Shown here: positions 12,995 through 25,815 of the stretch, piece by piece
Layout of the letters: each line of letters begins with the position of its first letter
Numbering within the stretch: the first letter of the stretch is position 1
Assembly (NCBI GenBank): GCA_040954595.2
Contig: CM082587.2
Location: forward strand, 340,617 to 404,616
Length of the DNA stretch: 64,000 bases
Reading direction: 5' to 3'
DNA from: Balanoglossus misakiensis
Lineage: Eukaryota; Animalia; Hemichordata
Translations under genes and position numbers: made by a program
The notes under the pieces: generated by a model
The model's input: only the letters and a program-made list of their open reading frames with translations
The model's database searches: none
What the model was told of the DNA's origin: nothing

Positions 12995-15900
12995 TCAACT
13001 GTAACCTCCATGACTGGAATACTTACAGGCTGGTGAACCACACTGACAGGAGAAGTATTTGCTTTTGACACTCCAGAATTTATCACCATAATCAAATCTG
13101 TAAGGAATACACAAAAAATTAGGATTGGAGATGAATCTATGAAATAGAAAAGAGGATAGCAGACATCATACCACTTGAAAAGTAGTAAAGCAAACCAGAA
13201 TTTGTTCACCAGGGCATAACATGTCATGTACATTCAAGATACATTTATGCTTTCATTCCATTAATGTGTCAAAATCCCATAGCTGAAAAACACAGATTAA
13301 ATGAAACTCGAAATAAAATAATTCATTTACCCAAGTTGTTCATTGGCTAGGACATCTCTTGCAGTGAAGAATGCTATCCTTGGAAAGCGTAAATCTTGAT
13401 GATCAACAAAGAAGCGGACAGGAACAAGATTTGGTTCACACAGGTGGTTGATGAAACGGCTAACGTTACCATAGTGACGTGCATCAAGACAGAAGATATC
13501 TCCCTCCTAAAATCACAAAATATTAAACAATAATCTCAAGGTCAAAAGGAGCTTGTTAAATTTCTTATACAAAAGTAGGTAGTGACATCCAGAGTGAGGT
13601 ATGTGTTGGAGTAGGAATGCACAGCAGAGGGTGTTCCTTTTGAGTGAAAGTAGCTGGTTGACATATGCAAAGTAGCTGGTTGTTTTTACCGGACTACTGT
13701 TTCTTATCTACACCCAACAATGTCCAGCTCAGCACATTTCCACCATCTAAACTCAGCCTTCATTGTTGATCTGTTTCCCACAATGCAACTTACCCTGTTC
13801 TCCAAGTCGAATAAATAAGAGTCATCAGGTCGACGATCAGCCTCTTCATCTGAGATTATTTCTCCTACATATCTGGAGGAAGAAAAAATGCCTTATCTTA
13901 GAAATCATCAAATGGGCCACTTTCACATACATGTATATGTGTCTCGTAAGCAGAACTGCACAGTATGACGGTCAAAAATATCTCCATACAAATGGGAAAT
14001 GTACCATACAAAATTTCAAGCTGAACTTACTCGCAAACAAACGTCCCCTGAGGAATATCCTTGATAGAGCGTACACCCCAACCCATTCTTTCGGATTTGT
14101 ACAGCTGCAAGTGGCACCGACCTCCATTCTGAGTCACACGATTACGGCATGTATTCCAACACTTGCAGGTTCGATTACATTCAAACAGAAGTGGTGGTTC
14201 CAAGGTGTTGAACTCATCAATTAGTCTCCCATCCTTGAGAGAAAAAAGTTCACAATTTCATCATCATTTTCATAATAAGAAAGGACACAGAGGCGTTAAC
14301 CCTTGGGATCATCATCATTTCATCAAAACCATCTGGTACATATATGTCCATATTTACACTTAAAATATATATATTGCTCTTACCTTGTCATACCAGCACT
14401 GCACGCTACTAATTGCACAGATACATGCTGTAGTGAGACAGTCATCTTCACAACCACAACCCTGTACGTGCTGAATGTTCATATCCATGTTCAAAGCTTC
14501 TGTCTCACAGCATTGTGTTATGAACAGAAAGTCGTCTGGAGGTCCTGTGTCATCTACACCATTTACAACAGGAATTGGATAGTTTTCTCGTCCACGGGAT
14601 ATGTCTCTGTCAGGGACAACAATCACAAACATGAACACAATGTTCCAGGGTTTTCCTGTGTGTGGTGGGACCACCTTTATCGTAGAGGTTTATTCATATT
14701 ATGTATGTTTACAACAAAGTATTGGTATTTATGAAACAACAAACAAATTGTACAGAGCTGTAATTCATTGAGAACATTGAACCTATTGATGGCAGATTAT
14801 GGTAAGTTGAAACTAGAGCCTTGATTGACTTACCTGTGAATAATCTTTTCAGTTCGTTTTTTCCGATTTGTGGAAGTGTCTCTGATTTTCATATTGAACT
14901 CTAATGCCAAGCGTACTCCAGAGACTGAGTCTAGCTGTGCACAGTCTAATGGGGTCTCCCCTTCATTGTTTTTCACACAAACATTGGCATCTCTTGACAG
15001 TAAGAGTCTATGAAATTGATAAAAAGTTTATATTACTTCATATTCATTTTGAATTAGGAATTGGATATAAAAGACATAATTACTCTCTTCTGCTGAAAGA
15101 TTGTCCTTTACAAAGAAAGATGCACAGCTATGAGGATTATCAATATATATACTTACTGAACACAGTTGTAATGATCCTCTCTGGCAGCTATGTGCCTGTA
15201 ATAGAAATGTACAGATGTTTATGATTTATTAACATTGCCTCATTAAAAATAATGTCAGCCCATTTTCCATTTATTCTAATCTGATAACAACTGCTAAGGA
15301 TTATTTACGGAAGGAAATGTCCTCTCCAGAAATATAGAATAAGTACAATTACACTATCAATCAACCGAGGATTGGAAACCCGAACAATTCCAACAGTCAA
15401 CATTTGGATAATCGACATTTATCTATACTTTTCAAATTTTGTCTTTTTTTCACAGGTATTATACTATTACTGTGTCATAGATGTTTTTGATGACTTACAG
15501 TGGAGTATCTCCATGTATGTTTATGCAATGAAGGTTAGACTTGGCATTCAAAAATGTCTCTGCTATATCAACACAGCCACTGTATACAGCCCAATGCAAG
15601 CTGATGTTTTCTTCCTGTAGGTATATGAGAAGAGTGTGTTATGCATGATACAGTGACAATGTGTCTGCATTCACACAATTGACCATTCAGCTGTTAGCCA
15701 TTTATTTTTTTTGACTAAATTCTTTGTGTTTCCCAAAGGATGCAGAAGATGGTGCTTATCTGTACTCACATTATCCCTGATGTTGGGATCTGCACCATGG
15801 TCGAGTAAAAAGTGAACCACTTCAGTTTTCTTGTGCTCTGCTGCCCAGATCAACGGAGTCCAACCACCTTCATCCTGCAATAGTACGACTGCTTGCATCA

Positions 15901-18900
15901 TTTATGATGTTCACAATATGCAGTTATTGTGCATCATACCTATGTTACTGGTATGTCCCAATGTTTCGATCTTTTAACATTCATGTGTTATGTCCATTGG
16001 AAAAGTTTTACAGGTGAAGAAATTGGGGGGGGGGGGGGGGGGGGGAGGGGGTTTAAATCAAACCATGACCAGACTAAAGGTGATGGCCAGCCATACCTGA
16101 ATGTTGACATCAATTCTGTGTGTTGCCAGAAGCAGCTTAATAACTTCAAGATGTCCAAGTTTTGCTGCCAAGTGAAGACAGCTCATCCCTTCATCGTCCT
16201 GAAATTATAAAGAAAAGATGAAAATATGAGAAATGTTAAATTCTAGGTTGAAGTGGACCGTTTCCAAGACGATAGAACTATCCTATAATATAATCTTCAA
16301 CTTTGCAAGTTTAGAGAGGTAAATTTTTGAAGAAGCTTAAATCAAATGGCCTCTTGTATGTTTTAAAGAAATCCAAATATGAATCCTACCTGAGCTGACA
16401 TGTTAGCACCAGCTTTGATGATATACTTAACGCATTCAACGTGATTATTGTGAACAGAATCCATCTGAAATTGAATCAAATCAATTGTCCAGAATTTGAA
16501 CTAAATTTGCAAAGAAAACCATCCAGCATATATGCATAACTCATTTCTATTTGCATACTTAAAACTCCTTGACTCCTATGTTGCATGTGTTGAGAGTGTA
16601 ACCATGGCTATTTGGGTCTTGTGAGTCAGAGAGTGAGAATTTTTCTTGACAGAGGTGTACACTGTTCTATATGATGGAACTGGGAAAATTTTTGTTCCAA
16701 TGAAAATCACGCTCCTTAACTCACTTACCAATGGTGTTCTGCCACTCTCATTTACAGCATCAATGTTTCCTCCGGCTTGCAAGAGAACAGACATAATCTC
16801 AACATAGCCAGCCGCCGCTGCACCGTGCATGGCAGTGTTACTCTGCGAATTGGCAAACTTGCAGTTGGGGTCATAACCATCAGCTGAAAAAAGGAAAACG
16901 TCACAAATAATTCAATCTTTCTTGATACCACCAAGGTATTAAATGAGATTCAATTAACAATTAACACAGTTGGAAAAAAGTAAAGCTAATCTCAGATAGA
17001 CACAAACACTTTCTTACCAAGCATAAAAAGAACTTTTTCAAGATCACCTTCTTTAGACGAAAGATATAAATTCTTGGGTGTAAACTTCAGTTTTCTAGGT
17101 CTAGCAATAGAAAGCAAGTCACTGTTAATACAAGTACTACATTGGCAAAAATTGTGAGTGTGTGATTATCTTCTGCTAAAGTAAAGCTGACTGTCAGGTA
17201 AAAAAAAAAAGATTAAAAATAATGTCAGTATAATACATGTACTTATACTTACTTATCGTTCTCAAGAACTTTCAAAGCCTGTTCCAAAATCTCTCTTGAG
17301 GTATCACTTGATAAAGGCTCTGAGGGGAAAAATTAAGTTTTTGTGATCATAATACAATAAATAATACATTTAGAAACCCAAGCTTTTTTGAACAGCTTTG
17401 TCAGCTATGGCATTCATATCATACAGTAAATAACGTGTGTCCACTTCACAGATGAGGAGACGATATGTTAAAATATAACTCGAATTTTTGGCTCTACCAA
17501 TGAAGAGAGAAAGACAAGAGATTAACATACCAGTGGAAATGACTCTTCCAGTCGGTAATGTTGAACTTTTTGGTGGCACAGTTTCTACAAGAGGTGGTGA
17601 CTTTGGAACGTTTGGTGACACAGACATTCGAGCTTTGTTCCTGCAAATAAATCAATCCACATTTCACTCACTTTAATAAGATTGCACGCAAGACCATGAT
17701 TGAGTAAATTTATAAGTCTTAAAGACTTAAATGACAATTAAACGTGGCGTACGTGGAAAAAGGGGCATCTGATACGATTATTCAAAGACTTAAACATGCC
17801 CTTTAAACCAAATATGGGCATATGTAAATTAGAGGTGACTGTATACCTTTAATGGTGGAATTCAATGGCACAGATAAGCAAAGACAATCAATTAATAAGC
17901 TTGGTGATTTTTCATGAAAAATAAAACATCAAAGCTGTAGACAGAAATAACAAGTTAATACTCTATGTAATTGGACACGTTGACATTACCTAGTATCCAC
18001 GTCATCATTCCTAGTGGGTGTGACAACTGATGTCCAGGTGGGGCAACTACGTCTGGTGTTGTGTCTACTAATTCTACTACTACGGGCAGGAGGAGTTAAG
18101 CAGGGATTTTAACATTAAAGAAGGGCAGTGCCATCCGCAACCACACACAACAAGACAGACAACATTTAGCAATCTCAAAATTAACTCAATTCAAAAACCA
18201 AAACAAACACCCATTACATATACTAGTACATGCATTTAACAAAGCAGATCTCAAAATACAAATCCATATCATATTGCACCATCTGCAGGAAGAAATGATG
18301 CAACCAAATATGAACATTTTAAGAGACTGATGTATGATTCTAGATGGTTAGACTTTTAGCTTTAAATTAACCATTACCAAAAAAACTTAAAAATGTTAGT
18401 GATACGAAAACAAACTCTGTGTCCACACAGGGTTAGGGGAAAAGTGCTGGAGCAGTATATTGGTAGAAATTTATGTGGAAATATGCCATAATACATATGG
18501 ATATCTAAGATTTATTTTCATTTGATTTCTGTCATGGTCATTTGATGAATATGTATAAATACAGGCCAATGTTCGATTTATTGCAATTTTTCTGCTATGT
18601 TAAACAAGTTTTCATTACAAAGCTGGTGTCATCCCATAATCATAATTATTAGAAAGTAAACGAGAATAATCTATTCTACATAATAATAACAGAAAAAGAA
18701 AAAATTAACGTCAAAATTATCTAAAAAATAAAAGTCTATCCTATATAACAATTTAAGTTCATTGTAGTCAGGCATATCTTTACATGGAGTAATAACCATG
18801 AACAGCTCAAGGTCAAAATGATACTAAAATAAACATTCAGAATAAAAGTGACAAAATACACTAATTTACCTGGTTTCTGTCCCTTTTCTATTGTTCTTTT

Positions 18901-21900
18901 GTTTGATTTTTGTAAACATAACACTAGCATTTTTGCTCATTGTTTTAGCATTTCCCTGGCTACTCCTGGACCTTGTTGTCATTCTTGCACTCTGCCATTG
19001 CCACTTTGCCAATTCTACGGGCACTCCACTCTTCCTTGCTGTATGTCTTCCAAGATGCAATCGAGCCAAGGAGTCAGCATCTTGCTCCATCGGTCTTTCC
19101 GCAAAAGTATTAGCAGCCATAATTTGGCTGATGAGAGACATCCGATTGTCTGTCTGATTTTCTGTTTTCTCACTCTTGATTTCTGCATCTCCTTCATCGT
19201 CGAAGGGATTCAAATTATATCTTATCAGCTCAGGTGGGCTTTCTGATTGCAAAACTCTACTTTCAGATTCTGCACGATTGCTGCCTACATCATCTGTCCA
19301 TTCTGAAAAATGTCTCAAGTCTATGAATGTAGAGGACTGGGTTTCAACGTAGTCAGGAAGACTGTCTCTTTCTACAGGAGCCTGGAAACAGTGCTGGCTC
19401 TCTCCTTCAGAATTCCTCTCTACCTCTAAGAAGCCACCTCCATAGTCTTCAGTGACTCTGTAAGTGATATCTAACTGAGGCTCTTGATGTATCTGATTTT
19501 CTACAAACCCACGAGAAGGCTCTTCATGATGTTGGGGCAGATACCCAGAGACATCTGTGGAATGCAAACTTTGGCTGACAAGTTCTGGTGGCCTGTGAAA
19601 TTTGGATGCTGCACATAAATACATGTATCCATACCTATACATCAGCTGATAGTCTTGCGCTACAGACTGACTAATCCCCTTTCACATTTCCCTTCACGGA
19701 AATAATGTTGATTATTTATTGCTATCTACTCACATATGGTTCATCAACCATATCATATTTCATGAATGGTGCATTTTATTGATGACAGACATGTAGGTGA
19801 GATGCAGGGTTTGTGGGTAGGGAAATTGTCAGTTAAAGAAACAGCGTGGCTGAATGATAGAAAAGCTGTTACTGAAGAGAAATTTCAAGCACACATATTG
19901 AAAGCAGTAAAGGACATTTTCAGACCACAATCAAGCAGATTCAGGTTAGGTTTTCACTAAATACACACAAACTTTTTAAGTCAACGTTTGACTCATTTAT
20001 GACATTTACCTTCTCTTTTGTTGTTTCCTGCCCAGTGCATCGAAACTCAAATCCATCGCTCTGTCCTCCATTCCCACACCAGGTGATCCCGCTGCTGCTG
20101 ATGCAATTGCCACGCGTAGTGATCCCGGTGATCCCGGAAGTGAAGGGGTGGGTGCAGATGCCGGAATAACAGAGGTGGCATACAAGGCTGCATGGTTTGG
20201 AATGACTCTCACATCTTGTGCTGAACAGGCGTCTTTACCACAATGTGGACAATACAGCATGCCTTCAATTTCTGTGATGCAGGCTCTGTGAAAATGGTGG
20301 TGTGTATCTTCGCCTGTGCAAACTGTGAAAGTGCCCTGAAACAAAGCATTAATCACATATAACTTTACCTTTACCAAAACGAAAGAGTGATGTATACAAA
20401 CATCAAAAGTAAGTGAAAAAGTGTCAGCCACGACCTGTTTATTGAGGGAAAACAATATAAATAAATTACCACAATTGAATTATTATTATGTAAATTAGCC
20501 AACATTGTATAAGAAATTTGTAAGGAGAATATTACAATAGCTATTTTGCATAAATTTGATATCTGATGACAATGCAACAGAAAGTTGCTTACCAATGTAC
20601 AGAAGACACCACAACCTGGACAGCACTGGTGTCTGGCCATCTTCAAACGATGCTCATTACATAACATCATCAATTTGACCCTTGTAGATGGACGGACCTG
20701 TTTGTTTGCAGTAACACTGTTCTCACAGTGCTTCAGCTTTGGAATAAATGGGAAAGAACAAAGATGGCAAATTGAATAAGACGGTCCTTGTGCGGAAGTA
20801 TATGCAAAAACTTAAACCCTCAAAAAATAAAAGAAAGATGCCATTTGCTGTTTGTTGTTGAGAAGAATTGGAGTAACTATAGCACAAACGTTCCAGCATG
20901 ATTGTTTACACACTCTTGGGACCATCATGCTTTGCAGTATAACCATTTTCATATCTCACCTGTCCATCCACTAATTCTACCGCTCGACAGGTAGGTGCTA
21001 CACCAGCATGAATGTTGATAGTAAATTCCATCTTGCAACTACATAATGGAGGCTCCAGCTGTTAATGGTTTAAAAATTAAAAGAAAGGTTAGATGCCTTG
21101 CGACTGTTGTTTTGATCAGCTAATAAATGTGGGATGGGCAAACAGTAACATAAAAATACTTACACTGCCACTAGTTCGGAGTTCTTCATATGAAACCGAT
21201 GTTTTCTTTTTCTTATTTTTCACAACTGTAATAAATTATAATGACAGAAAAGAATAAGGCTCAGAAGATTCAAAACCTCTTCGATCTCTGACCAAAATAC
21301 TGGAAGATTGATTCCAGAAACAAAGCACATCTAAGGATACTCAAATACAAAGAGATTTAAACCCAGAAAATAATTGCTACACATTTGTGTATTCATACCT
21401 TTTTTGGGACTGCCATAAGGTACTCCTGCACTGGCTGAAGCATCACTCTTTGGAGATGGAACTGGTTTATCGAAATTTCGCTTTCTACGCTTCGGTACGC
21501 TATCAACGCTGCTGCCACCACTTAATGCACTGTCTGAATCTGCAGGATTGAAGCATGTACAATTGTACCAAAAAGAGTGAGCTTACACTACTCCACATCT
21601 GGCAAGAATCAGAAAAGTATAAACTTCTCCACATGTGTTCCTCATAACAAATTCAGTGACAGAAGTATGTAACAAGCCTATTGCTGCTTTCACCTTCAAC
21701 TTACCTGTTTCACCATCAAATTTTCTTCTTGGCCTTAGAGATGACATGGTCGCATCAACATTTTGAAGGTTTTTCTTGTTGGCTTTGCTGATATGATGCA
21801 GTTCTACTTCAGTGTTCTCTTGCGTAAAGTTGTTGTTTGATCTCGGAGGGAACATCTGATTTTCTCGCTGTTTCCTCAGGTTTGCAAGTAATTCAGAGAC

Positions 21901-24512
21901 TGTTGGATTTTTGTGCGTTTTTGAGATCAGTAGTTCTTGTTTCGCTTCTATTTTTGATGCAGACAATTCACTGAACGATAGTAAAGAACTATTAGCAGTG
22001 GTGTTATTACTTTGCTTGTACACATCTGTCTGCAATATCGGTTTTGCATTTGTCACGGGGTCAATATTTTGAGGTGTCTGAGTTGCACTTTTTCTTGTTC
22101 TTTTTGGAAATTTGATCTTCAGAGTAGCAGCAGGAATGCCTGTCTTCCTTGCTCGCAGTCTCCGTTGAGCTTGCTGTTTTTCACTGAGGCTGTCATGAAT
22201 GTCTGTGTCTGACTCTGGTGAATTATTACTATGATCAAGAGTTATGTTATTTTCTGTGTTTCCCTCGTCTAGTGTACCGTCTGCTTGACTGTTACTTGAC
22301 AATGAAGTGTGAGGACCTGGTCCATCCATAGAATCTTCACCAAGCATCCGATTCTCATCTTCGATGGGGTCTTGGTGATCTTCATTAGCGTGATGAAAAC
22401 TGTCCCCGATGTGATTGGCAATGACATCAAGGGATCCATTCTGACCAGACAGGGCATCATCGATTTCCTGGCAGTCATTTGGGAATATTATTCTTGTGGC
22501 CCCTTCTGATGCGAGTCTCTCTTTATGGGCTGGGTGTTTGAATATCTTGAATGGGGACATTCGAGCAGTTACAGGATGACGGCCATCCCTGATGATGTTT
22601 TTACCGCAGCTGACATCCGTATCAACACTCATGTGATTCTGAATGCTAATTTCATTGTCAATGGCAATATACTGATTGTTCTGTACACTTTTGCCATCCG
22701 TTGGTGACCCATCTTTGACACTTAGACCATCAGGTGTAGAATCAGCCATGGCCTCATCAACCTGAGACTCGGGGAGAAATGTCTGAAAAAAAAACATTAT
22801 TAAATTTAAGTCACTCATACTGATATAATCCCAGCTGGACAACAAATTTCAAGAAAGCATCAAAAGGAGCTCAACCATTCACGCATATAGAATTTACATA
22901 ATTTATGCAAATTTGACAACTGGATTTTAGACAGTGTTCAGAGAGGAAACGACCAACAATGACTGTTATATGTTACAAACATTTATTCCGGCTTTATCCA
23001 TTGAATTCTCATTCACAAAACATAGGTCAGGTGTAGCCTTCGACCTACATTGCTGTCACCTTTTATTATTGACTGATTCAGTCTTCCTCTATGATTCTGA
23101 TAGTACATTAGCATCATCTCTAATCCTGGACATTTGAAGAGTCATAGATATTAATTCTGAAAACACTGTGATAATGTTAAAATATCAATGGAAAACCAAC
23201 ATGGCTTCCATACATATAGCACCTAATTTAAATATCGAACCTGAAGCTCTTTAATATCACCTCCTCAACTTCTAAAACACATGGATACCAGACTGAGTTC
23301 ATAAACATTAACATAAATCCATATATTACAAAACCACCTGAAAAATATGACAGCTGGGTATGAAATTGCATCCTGAAATCATTATGCAAATTAGGAATAT
23401 GGCAGCCATATTGGCAAGGGCGTTATACATTGCACATGTATATTTTAAAATTATTTACAGTTCCTGTGATTGAACTGAAAATGTGATAAAGCAATCATTG
23501 ATAAATTATCTAATATTGAATTCAACATTAAGGAAAATTTATTGAGACTGATATTTACTTTATTTCAGTGTGATAACATGTGAAAAAACGTAATCTTTCT
23601 GGATCAGTTTACACCAATATAAAAATTCAACAGAAGAATTTGTTGCATTGATGTGTTGATTTCCACGATGAAATTTAATTCACACCACCAAAACTAATTT
23701 TCTAAACTTGATGTAGATTTCTTCCCCAAATTATGCAAATTATGACTCACTGACTAATAAAAAAAAACCTTCACAACGTGAGCTTTGAAATACTCCAATC
23801 AAAACAACCGTACTATAAAAACCGCAGTTTTCATTGGCTAATCGTAAGGGTTTGGACAACCCAAGCTGAGTGGCTTTCACTTCCGCAAGAAAAGTTTATT
23901 CCGCATATTTAAGTTTATTTTGCATTACATTTACATTTGTAATTTGTATAAAGTACACTTATCATGTCAAGAGATGGAGTTTTACAATAAAAACAAAAGG
24001 AACGGAACTTTATCACGCTGTTTGTCTATGGATGCGCTCGAGTGGTACACATCGTTTGGGGCCGGGCCACAACTGACCCTCAACTTAAAACAACCGGTGC
24101 CCTGTCTCAGAAATCGGTACGCTTCCGTATTTCGGACGATTCCAAAGGAGCCGAACCGTTCTACTCAAAAGTTTAACGCCAAGGTCTTAAACTTGAGTAA
24201 CTCCATCATGACGTGTAATAGAGCTCAGCTGTGGTAGCGATATGTCGATTTCCTAACCCCCTAGTTGGCTGTCCACAGTGTGGGAATGTCCCATATCCAT
24301 GTGACATGCCGTGTGTACACAGAAGAAAGACATACGTATTGTGTGAGGTGTACGAAGACATCGGAGCATTACTTGTTCATTTTGTTACGGGGAAAGCCAA
24401 GCTATCACAATTTGCAGACACTCTAACGCACGGACCGAGTCCCACATGCATGAAAAAACAACAGGATGACCAAAATATCCCAGTTCCCTTTTCGACTTAC
24501 CTCGACTTCCAT
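12995..24512 (-). CDS. EHMT1: Histone H3K9 methyltransferase EHMT1/EHMT2 (G9a/GLP) orthologue, multi-exon
   Basis: Approximate exons: 24501-24512 (MEVE), 21705-22782, 21399-21539, 21164-21225, 20960-21058, 20593-20738, 20029-20336, [18870-19592], [17990-18079], 17531-17640, 17253-17319, 17018-17100, 16729-16883, 16390-16464, 16097-16198, 15770-15874, 15499-15614, 15157-15195, 14834-15007, 14384-14606, 14031-14233, 13794-13872, 13331-13506, 12995-13097. They encode the Cys-rich domain ([25 protein letters not shown]), ankyrin repeats ([12 protein letters not shown]), pre-SET ([12 protein letters not shown]), SET ([18 protein letters not shown]) and post-SET (CQCGSPAC). Confidence 0.95.
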
Positions 24513-24529
24513 TTCGACGACGCTCAGGG

Positions 24530-24546
24530 TCGAGCATGCGCAGTAG
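24530..24546. promoter_or_regulatory. NRF1-like motif near the putative EHMT first exon, in a CpG-richer promoter region
   Basis: GAGCATGCGCAG lies ~20 bp upstream of the inferred ATG exon, and CpG density is locally elevated at 23.9-24.7 kb. Confidence 0.4.
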
Positions 24547-25815
24547 AGCCCATAATGCACCGCGATTCCCGCCATAAACGTCCAATTTACTATGGTTGTC
24601 AAGGTTACGTGGCTGTCACTGATTATCAGCGTTGATTAATAACAAAATGGAATTTAAAAATTCGTAACTTCATAGTTCTTGCTACCACTCTTGGGACGTG
24701 GTCCATTTTTCTGTCCAGCAACAGAGACAAACCGGGAAGCCCTACAATTCCTGATGATGGACTTTTCCAGGTCCAATTTGGAATTCTGGGGCTTCCTGAA
24801 ATTTACACGTACTTAAGTGCTTTACCATTTAGTTTGTCATGGTGACAAACTCTTACTCCTAAAATACCACAGAAGAAATTCATCCATAGACCATAATTCC
24901 ATGAGTGCCGTCAGGATCTGTCTCGAGTAAAGAACACACCATTGTAATAAACTACCACTTCAAAATAAACTTGACTGTAGTTGTTTTTTTTCTGCCGTTG
25001 TTTTGAGTGCTGCTGCTGATGATGACGACGACAATGGTGATGATGATGAATACAGGAAAGATCATATTGTGCTTAACTTTCCATATTCATGAGATAATGT
25101 CCAATTTCAAGAAGCACACTGTAAGCAGATGGTGCATCCCCAATATCATTTTAATTATCCGATTTTATTATACTTTCTTCTATTTTTTTTGTACAAGTGT
25201 AAAGACAAGCAGACATACATAACCTAAGTTTCTGAATAAAGTCATGAAAATTTGAGACTAAAAACATGAAAATAAATGCCAACATTCTGGTCAAAAAGAT
25301 CAGTTTACAAACAGTCTAGTTTCAGTTTCATATTGAAACATTTATTTATTTTCAATAACCAGTGTACAGTGAAACTTATCTGGAATGAAAAACAAGTCGT
25401 GTTGAGTAAGTACCGATGGTCTTTACATTGATATCATTTCTATTGTTTAATATTTACAAAATGTGTTTCAGTTTACAAACACTTGTAGATTAGACAAAAT
25501 AGAAGTTTCCATATTTTACACAGATTATGTGTAGGACATCATAAATGTTAAGCTGTTCACCATCTGAACATATACAATTTGTCTGGAGGAATTTCTGAAG
25601 ATGCAAAATCCATGTAGAAATATATCTGCCTTATATTCAACAAAAGAGCAACTGTAGCTTGATTTTAAACATTTGTAATAGACATGTACATAAAAATTCA
25701 GAAGATGAACTTAACACACTTCTCATAGGAGTTTTGTTTGGCAGAATACACAATACACAGCATTCACATGTTGATGTGACTCCATCTACATTATACATAA
25801 TGATAATTTCCCTTC

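Noticed and set aside
16025-16050. Poly-G run in an EHMT intron (potential G-quadruplex)
   Set aside because: Simple homopolymer; similar C-runs occur at ~42497 and ~51236, with no further evidence of function.
23870-24635. Plus-strand ORFs with cysteines (e.g. 24231-24635) antisense to EHMT intron 1/exon 1
   Set aside because: Non-ATG starts and no recognisable domain; expected by chance in a GC-richer promoter region.
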